Virus record (IMG/VR): IMGVR_UViG_3300003322_000571
Location: 62,001 to 126,000 of that record
Length of the DNA: 64,000 bases
Direction: 5' to 3' (one strand)
The notes below the pieces were generated by a model. The model searched no databases. It was not told the origin of the DNA and saw nothing but the letters and a program-made list of their open reading frames with translations. Shown piece after piece: positions 47,221-57,131 of this stretch (position 1 is its first letter; each line of letters begins with the position of its first letter). The translations under genes and the position numbers were made by a program.

Positions 47221-48444
47221 ATGATTCGCTTCGACCCTTCCAAACTCGTCGTTGAGATCGTCTGGTTGAAGACGGTGACGACTGCTGTCGGTGGCAGCAT
47301 CTCCGTACTCGATGAGACCAAGTCGACCGACAAGAAGGAAGTGCTCCGTCGGATTGTCGTGCCGATGGCTGTCGCTCGACAGTTCTTGCTGAAGACTAAG
47401 AAAATCACGAAGTACCTCAAGCCTGTCCTTACTGCGATCACTCGATATGACGGTCTTGTCGTGTCGATGGAACGTCATCCGCTTGCTGGCCTTGGCAAAC
47501 TGGAAGAGGAAGGTGCTTTCGGCGATACGCGTCGTTGGGAACCGTACAGCCAGCAGAACTTCAACGCGTATGTGCACGGGATGATCAAGTCGTCGAGCCG
47601 TCAGTGGTATTTCGACGGTCGCTACGTGTATGCGTTTGACAATGACGACACGAACGTCAACATTCGTGATGGACAGTACCTCTCCCGTGATGGTCGTTTC
47701 CGTAAGCTCAATGTGACGACCGTCGACCTCCAGTCGCTGCCGTATGCAGACAGCCTGCAACCGGAAGGTCGCACGTGCTTGGCTTTCGTTGCAGCAAATG
47801 GCAAATTCGCCATCACTCCTCCGATCTGGAAAGATGTTGCAAATGTCGGTTCGACGCGAATCACGATCGACGATGACGATGATGATTCCGGTGAAGAGAC
47901 CGTTGCGAACGGTGAGAACAACAACTCGTACAACTTCGATGCGATCGACGAACAACTGTCGGTCAACGTCAACTTCGCACTGAAGGCTGGCCAAGAGATT
48001 GGCAAGACGTTCGGCTACGAGTACATCGAGCCTCTCCAACTGCCCCGTCTGATGATCGAGCTGCACACCGTCAACCTGCCTGGCATTCCGAAGGAAGTCA
48101 AGCAAACGTACAACTGTGGCCTGAAGTTCACGCACGCTCTTGCATGGCTTCTTGGCATGTCTCGCCAAGCGAACACGATGCCCACGATGCTGATGATGCG
48201 CTCGCTGATGAAGTATCTGACGAAGCGTGGGATGTTCTCGAGCAAAACGTTCGATGCGTCGAATGTGTTCCAAGACGGCAAGACGGTCGCTGACGTCAAG
48301 GTTCGTAGCCTCAAGGAAATCCGTGAGACACAGGATGTAGCCAAACTGATGATCTCGTCGATGCTCGCAGAAACGACTCGTGCGCAAAAAGCGCGCAAAA
48401 AGGCCGATGCTTCGCAAGTTGGCGGTCTGCTCAACGAAGATTGA
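47221..48444 (+). CDS. hypothetical protein (407 aa, host-like codon use)
   Basis: Long ORF; TTGACC-N16-TATAAT at 47077-47104. Confidence 0.85.
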   Translation: MIRFDPSKLVVEIVWLKTVTTAVGGSISVLDETKSTDKKEVLRRIVVPMAVARQFLLKTKKITKYLKPVLTAITRYDGLVVSMERHPLAGLGKLEEEGAFGDTRRWEPYSQQNFNAYVHGMIKSSSRQWYFDGRYVYAFDNDDTNVNIRDGQYLSRDGRFRKLNVTTVDLQSLPYADSLQPEGRTCLAFVAANGKFAITPPIWKDVANVGSTRITIDDDDDDSGEETVANGENNNSYNFDAIDEQLSVNVNFALKAGQEIGKTFGYEYIEPLQLPRLMIELHTVNLPGIPKEVKQTYNCGLKFTHALAWLLGMSRQANTMPTMLMMRSLMKYLTKRGMFSSKTFDASNVFQDGKTVADVKVRSLKEIRETQDVAKLMISSMLAETTRAQKARKKADASQVGGLLNED

Positions 48445-48512
48445 CCCGTTGAACAACGGTAAATATAGGGGTAAGATTCGTCTTATCACTTTCCTTCCCT
48501 CAGGAGTACTCA

Positions 48513-49016
48513 ATGAAACGCATCATGCTCGCGAGTGCAATCCTCGCATTGTCCGCGTGTTCGTCGCCTCCGGCGCAACTGAGCACGCCCGCACAAGCCG
48601 TCACGACGGAACAGGTTGAATCGCTTGTCGCGGCTCAATATGGTTCTGTCCAAGTCGTGTCGGACAAGAAAGGCCAGTGGGTCGAGATTTCGTCGACGGG
48701 GTCTGCTGCCGTCACGCAGAACACTGCTGCAGCACAAGATGCTGCTCTCAAGCTGGCACTGACGGTTGCTCGTCGCAACATCTCCGAATTCATGGGGACG
48801 AACGTTGCGACGAACACGATCACAACAACGACGAACGACGGTGACAAGTCGTCTGTCAGCTCGAAGGAAACCGTTTCCGAACGGAGTGCCGCGCTGCTGA
48901 AAGGTATGACGATCGACCAGCAACTGATCAACGGTGATCGCGCTGTCGTCAAGGTCGTCATCCGTCGCCAGAACGTCAACGCAGCTCGCAACGCCCGCAT
49001 CGACATGCTGAAGTAA
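48513..49016 (+). CDS. lipoprotein, LPP20-like
   Basis: Lipobox LSAC; STGSA...A...A...ARRNISEF pattern. Confidence 0.7.
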   Translation: MKRIMLASAILALSACSSPPAQLSTPAQAVTTEQVESLVAAQYGSVQVVSDKKGQWVEISSTGSAAVTQNTAAAQDAALKLALTVARRNISEFMGTNVATNTITTTTNDGDKSSVSSKETVSERSAALLKGMTIDQQLINGDRAVVKVVIRRQNVNAARNARIDMLK

Positions 49017-49025
49017 GGTGCCGCG

Positions 49026-50027
49026 ATGGGTGCTGTTTCGTCTGTCGTTACTGTGTTATCGATGCTGTCTTCTCCGGCAGCACCGGTGACAAATGCGATC
49101 ATTGGAAAGGTTGTTTCTACTTTCCAACAGCCGAAATCTGACGTCAAGTTGACAACAGTCGAAGCAACCGGTCGTGGTTCAACGTACGAACTTGCTTTGG
49201 CAAACGCAAAAACGAACGCCCTCGGTACTGTTACCGGGGTTTTCGTCGTTTCTTCAACGAAGACGGTCGACGACAACCAAACAACGAACACTGCCGAGTA
49301 CGCAGGCGGTGTGATCAAATCGCATGATGTCGTGTCATTTGATCACACGGATGATATCTACACTGTGATCATCACTGCCGTCGTTCAGACTGGCAAGAAT
49401 AACGTCGTCACGGGACGCACTGTTGATCCTGTATGGCGTGCAAATGTCAAAGCGTTGCTGGACGACCAGAAGCAACAGCAAGCATTCACTCCGTCGTTTG
49501 CTGATCAGCCAAAGTACAATACAGAGATCAAGAACGTACAAGCAGTTGCTCGCGCCAACTTCGCTGAAGTGAAGATCACATACAGCGTGACGTGGTCTCC
49601 AAAGTTCCTCGATGATGTCCGTCGTTTTGTTGAGACTGGTGGTCGCAAGATCAATGCTGGTGATCCTCGTACGATGTACGCTGTGTGTTTTGGTACAACT
49701 ACCGTCTGGGCTCCGGACGAAACGTGTACGGATGTTTCCACCAACATCGCAACCATCGAAAAAGACGTTTACTTGAACGTGAAGGTCACTTATGATAACG
49801 GTAAATCAAAAGTGCACCCCGTTCAACTGATACGTGAACAAAACGCGATGCGCGTTGTGACGTATGCTGGATCTAAGATGTATCACAGCTCCAGTGGTCG
49901 ACAAGTCTCCTACGGTAAGGGCGTGGTGCTTTTTGAAAAGGGAAGCATTAACAGCGTTATCGCGCTGCGTATGCCTTTGCAAGAAGCCGCTCGTATCTCT
50001 TCAATCGAAGCGGAAACCGTAGAATGA
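49026..50027 (+). CDS. exported protein with an LPP20/FlgT-N-like domain
   Basis: VEATGRG.T...ALANA..NAL..V.G..V.S; G.IKS..V; YTV.ITA.V. Confidence 0.6.
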   Translation: MGAVSSVVTVLSMLSSPAAPVTNAIIGKVVSTFQQPKSDVKLTTVEATGRGSTYELALANAKTNALGTVTGVFVVSSTKTVDDNQTTNTAEYAGGVIKSHDVVSFDHTDDIYTVIITAVVQTGKNNVVTGRTVDPVWRANVKALLDDQKQQQAFTPSFADQPKYNTEIKNVQAVARANFAEVKITYSVTWSPKFLDDVRRFVETGGRKINAGDPRTMYAVCFGTTTVWAPDETCTDVSTNIATIEKDVYLNVKVTYDNGKSKVHPVQLIREQNAMRVVTYAGSKMYHSSSGRQVSYGKGVVLFEKGSINSVIALRMPLQEAARISSIEAETVE

Positions 50028-50033
50028 GGACAT

Positions 50034-50480
50034 ATGGACGACATTTCTTGGGCTATGATGGTTGGAGTTGTCTGCCTGATCATTATGAGTGGTGTTCTTC
50101 ATCGGGCAATTCGCAACAAGGAAGTTAAAGTGCACGACATGGCTGCTGCGCAGTTTGTGATCGGCACCAGTAGCATCAGCGCAATTGCTTTGACGTTCAT
50201 TCTCGTTTTCCGGATCGTGGGGTGAATTATGGGTGGTATTTCCAGAACTGTCGTGCAGCAACAACTCCCGGATGTACTCAAGCAACTCAACGTTGTCGTT
50301 CAGGCTGATGCGAAAGTGATCGCCACGCTGGTCGAACTTGCAAAAGGACTGACCGATCCACATGCATCGCTCAGTATGCGCCATGAGATCGCTGTGTCGA
50401 TCCAAGAAAGTCTCGGACGGATGCACAAGAACGCTGTCGGTACCAGCAATCACATCAAAGAGATCCTCAAGTACGTCTGA
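50034..50480 (+). CDS. two small ORFs (50034-50225 2-TM; 50229-50480)
   Basis: SDs; tight spacing. Confidence 0.6.
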
Positions 50481-50621
50481 TCCTCGTACTCGCTAAATAA
50501 CTGTTGACATTATCTCATGGGATATGAGATAGTGATCGCACTGAATAACGCAGGTTCGCGAAATTCAGTGGTAGTTTTCAATGTTTAAACCTTAAATGTC
50601 TGCGGACAGATAGGAGTCTCT

Positions 50622-51698
50622 ATGCATACCGACAACTTTGAGCTGATTCGCAATGCGAAGGTCGATGTCGAACACATCGTCGACAGCAAGAAGAACAACG
50701 TTGCCGTGATCACGGTCAACGACAAGTACCAACACCGCTTCTCCCCGAAGTCGCGTATTTCCAAGCACCTCGAAATGATGGACAAGGCGGATCTGCAAGA
50801 ACGCCTGAACGGTGGTGCGTATATGTTCATCGACGATCGCCTGGTCGACTTCCGTGATGGAATGTACCACGGCTTCATCCACGACGACAACGCTCTCGCC
50901 AAGTTCATGGAGCTGATCGGCTACCAAGTCCGTGAAAAGATGCCTCTGCACCGCCGTCGTCGCAACGACGATGACGAACGTGGTGATAGCGCGATCGTTC
51001 TTCGCAAGGTGTGGGATTCGAGTGAAATCATCGTCCCTGGTTACAGGGAAGGTGGTGAGTTCAACAGCGAACTGTCGTTCGTCTGGAATCCGTTCAGCAA
51101 GACGATCAACCAAGCGTTCGACCTCGTCCGCCTCATCTGCACGAACGGGATGGTCGGCCTCACTTCGTTCCTCAACACGAAGGTGCCGGTGATGAACCGT
51201 TGGGAAGAGCACATGGACATCGCGTCTCGCCAGACGCAGAACAAGGTGACGGCGACGGTGATCGCACGGATCCAAGCGATGCAACATGAACGTGCTTCGG
51301 TCGCCGACTGCATGCTGATGTCGAACCACGCGAACGATCGTCTGCATTCGCCTGGCGAGAAGCTGGAAGGCGAACGTCAGCGTCTGCTCGAGATGTACGC
51401 TGCTGTCAACCCGATGGAACATCTGAAGGATCTGTACCAGCCTTCTGTGTTTTACAACTCTGCTCTGGGAAGCCAGTTGCCGAGCCATCTGACGACGCTC
51501 GACCTGTTCAACTTCGCGACCGAACTGCGCACGCACACTTCGGAATGCAAGAAGTCGTCGCAGACTGCACTGGACAAGTTCGCTAACGGTGTTCTGTTCG
51601 AAGACCAGAACAATGTGATCGCGTCCGCTTCGGCGATGGTGCCTGCAAAGGCTGCGTTCTCGTCACCGGAACGTGCTTTCTTCGGCCAGATGCACTAA
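50622..51698 (+). CDS. DUF932-like protein
   Basis: RLICTNGM signature; terminator at 51701-51725. Confidence 0.65.
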   Translation: MHTDNFELIRNAKVDVEHIVDSKKNNVAVITVNDKYQHRFSPKSRISKHLEMMDKADLQERLNGGAYMFIDDRLVDFRDGMYHGFIHDDNALAKFMELIGYQVREKMPLHRRRRNDDDERGDSAIVLRKVWDSSEIIVPGYREGGEFNSELSFVWNPFSKTINQAFDLVRLICTNGMVGLTSFLNTKVPVMNRWEEHMDIASRQTQNKVTATVIARIQAMQHERASVADCMLMSNHANDRLHSPGEKLEGERQRLLEMYAAVNPMEHLKDLYQPSVFYNSALGSQLPSHLTTLDLFNFATELRTHTSECKKSSQTALDKFANGVLFEDQNNVIASASAMVPAKAAFSSPERAFFGQMH

Positions 51699-51735
51699 TC
51701 AAGGGGCTTCGGCCCCTTTTCTTTTGGAGAACCAT

Positions 51736-52257
51736 ATGACCAAGCTGTTTTCGCCCGTCGTTTCGAAGTCGCCTCGTCGCTTCCAGATGGAAGATCGTTC
51801 TGGCGGCAAAGTCAACCGGACCGACTCGAACATGACGCTGCAGGATGCACTGCGGATGACGGACTTCACGGATGATGAAGTCAACGCAATCGTCGAGCTG
51901 AAGCCTGGTGAAGAAATGCTGTTCGGGTCCGACCAAGACCTCAGCATCAAGCGGACCGACGGAATCCGTCCGAAGCCGACGTTCTTGTACGGTTCGGAAC
52001 TCAAGTACCTGATCGAATGCGTCAGCCGCGATCATCGCGACCTGGAATCGGTCGTTGCCGTCAAGCAGAAGCTCAAGCAAATGCTGATCGAAGAAGAGCC
52101 GTTTTCGCGGACGCCTCTGTATCCCCACGTGTGGGTGGACAATGCAACTGGCATGTTCGTGTGGGAAGACGAAACGAACGTCTTCAGCGACGGACGGTAT
52201 CCGACAGCACACCTGGCAGAACACGCACGCCTGGAGTACTGCAACGCTTGCCTGTGA
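51736..52257 (+). CDS. hypothetical protein
   Basis: GGAGA SD; terminator at 52275-52302. Confidence 0.7.
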   Translation: MTKLFSPVVSKSPRRFQMEDRSGGKVNRTDSNMTLQDALRMTDFTDDEVNAIVELKPGEEMLFGSDQDLSIKRTDGIRPKPTFLYGSELKYLIECVSRDHRDLESVVAVKQKLKQMLIEEEPFSRTPLYPHVWVDNATGMFVWEDETNVFSDGRYPTAHLAEHARLEYCNACL

Positions 52258-52364
52258 AGCGTAACAGCTTCCCTAAAAAAGCCCACTTCGGTGGGCTTTT
52301 TTATTGCTTGTTTTATGGTAAACGGGTACAAATTACAATGTAGCCACATTTGAAAGGATACAAC

Positions 52365-53583
52365 ATGGCTACAACCAAAATCGTGACGCGTACTCGCAAA
52401 GAAGCACTTGAACTGTGGGCTGACACGCTCGAAAGCGGTAAGTACCGTCAAGCACAAGGCCAGCTGCGCGAGACTACTGTCGACAAAAGCGGCCATACTC
52501 GCCGTTCGTTCTGCTGCCTTGGCGTTTTGTGCGACCTTGCTCGTAAGGACGGAGGTCCGCAGTGGGATCAATACGACCAGTACGGTATGGAAAGTGGATT
52601 CCTTCCTAAGGATATCGCCAAGTACACTGGTGTGAATCGTACGATTCAGAACAAGCTGATCAAGTTGAACGACGACACTGGTGCTTCTTTCAAGAAGATC
52701 GCCAAGTACATCCGCGCGGAAGTGATTCCTAAGGTCACCGAGTAAGGGATGACAATGACTAAGATTGTAACCCGTACACGCAAGCAGGCATTCCTCAACT
52801 GGATTGATGCATTGGAAAGCGGTAAGTATCGTCAAACGCAAGGTCAATTGCGTGATTCGCATTATGACCGTGGTGGTCACGTCCGCCATTCATTCTGTTG
52901 CCTCGGTGTTCTGTGTGACCTTGCTCGTAAAGATGGTGGACCGAAGTGGGACTCACACACGACTGAATGGTATGATGAACTGGAAAATCAAGTGTTCTCA
53001 CCTGTTGATGGCGAATTGCCGTTGGACATGCGACAGTTCATGGGAATGTCAGCTGCACACGAAACCAGACTGATCAGCATGAACGACGACGGCAAAGCTT
53101 CGTTCAAGGAAATTGCCAAGTACATCCGTACAGTCGTAATGCCTGAAGCACTGAAAAACTGACATGACCAAGATCGTAACTCGCACACGCGAGCAGGCAT
53201 TCCTCCACTGGATTGCCGCTTTGGAAAGCGGCAATTATCGCCGAACGACTGGTCGGCTTCGCAGGGTCAAGAGGGATGGTGATCGTATTGACGGTCGCCT
53301 TCGGCATTCATTCTGCTGCCTTGGCGTCCTGTGTGATCTTGCACGCAAAGACGGTGGTTCTAAGTGGCGGGATGATCGTGGCATGAATGACGCTGAGGCG
53401 GACGCACAGCTATTTGCATCCCATTATGCCTTACTTCCGGATCCCATCCGTGATTTCATGGGAATCACTCGTGAGCAACAACAATCGTTGATTGACATGA
53501 ATGACAAAAAACGAGCTTCGTTCAAAGAAATCGCCGAGTACATCCGTAATACGATCATGCCGAAAGCTTTGGAGCGACCATGA
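52365..53583 (+). CDS. three tandem paralogs (52365-52745, 52749-53162, 53164-53583)
   Basis: TKIVTRTR..A...W...LESG.YR...G.LR...SFCCLGVLCDLARKDGG..W...ND...ASFK.IA.YIR in all three. Confidence 0.88.
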
Positions 53584-54368
53584 TTGAAGAACCTCAATTG
53601 ACCACTGAACAATGGCTGCATGAAATCTGCTGCTACGCTGGTTGGGGCAATCGCGGCGAATGCGTTCGAACGGACGATGGATGGGTCGGTACGGCCGAAC
53701 TGATGACGATTCGTGACGCAATCATTTCGATCCTGATCGGTCGTCGTTGTGGTGACACTATTCATCTTCCAGACGAACACGTTCCAGCGTACCTACGGAT
53801 TCCGTATTCCGACGTTGAGATTCAAGAGTTGCGAGCTAAAGCTCAACGCCTAATTGATCCTACGAACATGTCCCCTGAATACATGGCTGGATTCGAGGAC
53901 AGTGCAACTCTGAACGCCCGTAAACAACTAGCAAAACTGAGAATATAACATGCCACAATTCACAATCCAACTATCTGATGAACAAATCGCACAACTGAAG
54001 AAGGAAGCTCGTCGTGATGTCAGCGATGAAATTGACGAAGATAGCGGTGAATTCTTCAATCCGTACGATATGTACGGTGGTAACTTCGACGACGCATACC
54101 AAGGTGGTCGTGATGACTCCGACACAGATAATGCGCGTTTCCTCCTCACGTTGATCGGTGAAACGTGGTAAAGCGTAAACAACCGTTGCTCCACTGGAAA
54201 GTGATTGCGTTCATCGTTGTCCTGTTCCTTGCTTGCTTCGGTAGTCTGATTGTGTCAAGTAAGGCGTACTTGTACTGCCGAGAAACTGAAAAACCTCTGG
54301 TCTGTTCGACGGAGACGAAGAAGTGGATCGGCAAGTATGCCCTCCACGTTGTAAAGAAACTATTTTAA
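53580..54368 (+). CDS. three small hypothetical ORFs (53580-53948, 53950-54171, 54165-54368 TM)
   Basis: Coupled ORFs. Confidence 0.6.
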
Positions 54369-54374
54369 GGGTAT

Positions 54375-55274
54375 ATGTCATCTTCAGTCAAGGCTGCGTT
54401 AGCGGCCAATGGTGCTGTTGCCATCGCCAAAAGCGTTGGTGCGTTCTTCACTGGCTCTGCAGCGTTGTTTGCTGAAGCGGTTCATAGCTTCGCAGACTGC
54501 GGTAACCAACTGCTTCTCCTGTTCGGAATGCGTTCCTCTCAGAGGGATCCGAACACGGAACATCCGCTCGGATATGGCAAGGAGGTTTACTTCTGGTCGT
54601 TCGTCGTTGCACTTGTGCTGTTCACGCTTGGTGGTGTGTACTCAGTGTACGAAGGATACCACAAGTTGGTTGATCCAGTGCCTCTTAACCATGTTGGCTG
54701 GGCTGTTGGCATTCTCGTGTTCGCTGTGTGGGCTGAATCGAAGTCGCTCTGCGTGTGCCTTCGAGAGATCCGAGCGAAGTACCCTGGCAAATCACTGAAG
54801 TGGTTCTTCAAAGAGACACGCGATCCTGAATTGCTTGTCATCTTTGGTGAAGACGCCGCAGCACTTGCAGGTCTTGTGATTGCTTTGTTCACTGTTCTCC
54901 TCAGCTGGATTACCGGCAATCCCGTATGGGATGCGATTGGTTCGATCATTATCGGTATTCTGTTGATGGTAGTTGCTGTTGGACTATTCCTTGAAACCAA
55001 GGCGTTGTTGATTGGTCAAAGCGCTGACCCAACAACACGTAAGGCTCTTCGTCAACACTTGATGGATCTCGATGAGATTGAACACGTGTATGACTGTGTA
55101 ACGCTGCAGCTGGGTAAGGAAGTTCTCCTGTTGCTTCGTGTGCGCATTATCAACATGGAAAGCCACGAACAGCTGATCGACTACTTGCGTACCGTTAAAG
55201 CTGGTATCTACGAAAAGTTCCCCCAATTTACCGTGGTCTACATTGAACCGGATGATCAGTTCAAGGATCATTGA
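54375..55274 (+). CDS. cation diffusion facilitator (CDF) metal transporter
   Basis: AEAVHSFAD..NQ, HPLGYGKE.YFW, EDAAA, WDAIGS, IEPD. Confidence 0.92.
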   Translation: MSSSVKAALAANGAVAIAKSVGAFFTGSAALFAEAVHSFADCGNQLLLLFGMRSSQRDPNTEHPLGYGKEVYFWSFVVALVLFTLGGVYSVYEGYHKLVDPVPLNHVGWAVGILVFAVWAESKSLCVCLREIRAKYPGKSLKWFFKETRDPELLVIFGEDAAALAGLVIALFTVLLSWITGNPVWDAIGSIIIGILLMVVAVGLFLETKALLIGQSADPTTRKALRQHLMDLDEIEHVYDCVTLQLGKEVLLLLRVRIINMESHEQLIDYLRTVKAGIYEKFPQFTVVYIEPDDQFKDH

Positions 55275-55300
55275 TCTATTCTAATTTACAGGACCAAATC

Positions 55301-56174
55301 ATGAGCTTTGAGACCAACCGTTGGTGGATTCTTCACACTGCAATCGCAATGACTGCCGACGAGCGAATCAACCTTGCTTCGTTCCGTAGTCCTTCTCTGT
55401 TCCATATTAACAACGGCATCAGTAATTTGGACGTCGATGTACACTTTGTTGAAGGTACCGACACCGCATGTATGGGAGGAATCGCAGCGACGATTCCTAT
55501 GTTCAACGCAGAAGGTCTGACTTACAATACCGCCACCAAATGCGTTGTATTTGAAGACGAAGAACATTATCTGATGAACTTCGACGCTTTGGCAAAGTTC
55601 TTCAACATCGATGTTGAAGCGGCGAAAGACCTGTTTTGTCCTGGTCCAGCATCGCGCGTCGACGAAACGGTCGAGTACGCCATGCAAGGTGAGAAGGACA
55701 AGTGGTCTGACAAGCGGATCGCTCTGCGTCGCATTCGCCGTCTGATGCTGAAGACCGGAGTGATCTCTGAGTTGGAGAGCAAGCGGATGAAGAAGTTTGA
55801 AATCAATGTGAGCAAGTAACATGACGAAGTTCACCAAGATCGACGGCAGTGAACCAACCAACTACGATGTGCTTGAGGACAAAGCTCAAAAGATCCTCGC
55901 TCGTCTTCAGGTTGGTAGCACGATCACGCGAAACTTCGCTGAGTACGCTCTGCATATCGCTCAGCGCCGTCGTACCAACGCAGGTTTCAGTGGAGCATAC
56001 GATGACGGTGGTGCAAGCGCAATTGAAGCTGCTGTTGATGCGTGGATTAGCGGTCTGAACCAAACGATTCCGTCTGCTAACAGCGTGCTCGGTCCGGTGT
56101 ATCGTTCATTCAATCGCGACACTGATCCGAGGTACGAACAGTACCTCAGACTGAAGGCTGAATTCGAACAATAA
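55301..56174 (+). CDS. two hypothetical ORFs (55301-55819, 55821-56174)
   Basis: SDs; tight spacing. Confidence 0.65.
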
Positions 56175-56183
56175 GGAACCACG

Positions 56184-57131
56184 ATGACTGAATTCACTGT
56201 TAAGCGCGTCGACTCGTCTGACGAGAACGTCAGCAAGTATGTGTACGATTTCGGTAACGCTGTCGCTGAAGCTGTTCTGTACAAATACCCGACGTACGAG
56301 GAACGAACTGTGATTTGTTGCAGCACACAATCTGGTTGCCCTGTTGGCTGCCGGTTCTGCGGTGCTGGTGACAATTTCGTTCGTAGTCTGACTGGTCAAG
56401 AGATCCTCGATCAAGTCCAGTACTTGTTCAGCGATCGCAATATCGATCCAGCTCAGGTGAAGAAGGGACAGATCATGTTCATGAGCATGGGCGAACCTTT
56501 GCTGAACAAGCAAGGTCTGACCGATGCGATTCGTAAGCTGCACGTCCTGTATCCGAATTTCGCTCTGTTGATCAGCACAAGTGCACCCGACGTCGACTAT
56601 CAGTGGGTTCGCGACCTGTCGGTTGAAGTGCCAACCGTTGGCCTTCAGTTCTCTGTTCATGAGAGCACTGATGAAGCGCGGGACAAGCTGATTCCGTTCA
56701 AGAAGAAGCTGACAATCGAGCAAATCGCTCGTGAAGGCGAGCTGTGGTACCTTGCCACTGGCCGCTCTCCGTTCTTCAATTACTGCGCACACGACAAGAA
56801 CACGTCGCAAGACGATGCTGACCGTATCTACGGTCTGTTCAATCCGAATGTGTGGCAGGCAACGATCAGTGTGATCTGTGAGCGTGATGAATCGATTGCT
56901 GCTGCGAACCAACGTCAGCGTCAACTCGCCACGGATTTCATGGACAAGCTGAGCGACTTCGGATTCAGCACACGTTGTTTTGATCCTGCTGGTCAAGACG
57001 ATATCGGCGGGGGTTGTGGGCAGTTGTGGTTCGTCCAAGATTGGATGAAGCAACATCCGGATCTTGCTCGTCCTTCGATTGGCCGTCTCAGTGGTATTCC
57101 TGTTGTTCATACTCCTCGGGCGTGCGCATGA
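56184..57131 (+). CDS. RlmN/Cfr-family radical SAM RNA methyltransferase (lacks the N-terminal domain)
   Basis: EAV, CCSTQSGCPVGCRFC, MSMGEP, FSVH, DIGGGCGQL. Confidence 0.88.
   Translation: MTEFTVKRVDSSDENVSKYVYDFGNAVAEAVLYKYPTYEERTVICCSTQSGCPVGCRFCGAGDNFVRSLTGQEILDQVQYLFSDRNIDPAQVKKGQIMFMSMGEPLLNKQGLTDAIRKLHVLYPNFALLISTSAPDVDYQWVRDLSVEVPTVGLQFSVHESTDEARDKLIPFKKKLTIEQIAREGELWYLATGRSPFFNYCAHDKNTSQDDADRIYGLFNPNVWQATISVICERDESIAAANQRQRQLATDFMDKLSDFGFSTRCFDPAGQDDIGGGCGQLWFVQDWMKQHPDLARPSIGRLSGIPVVHTPRACA

Noticed and set aside
2006-57110. Long antisense ORFs (e.g. 2006-3115, 8030-9244, 13702-15198, 42615-44042, 47197-48513, 50592-51536, 56106-57110)
   Set aside because: These are shadows of well-supported + strand genes with biased codon use; no motifs or SDs.
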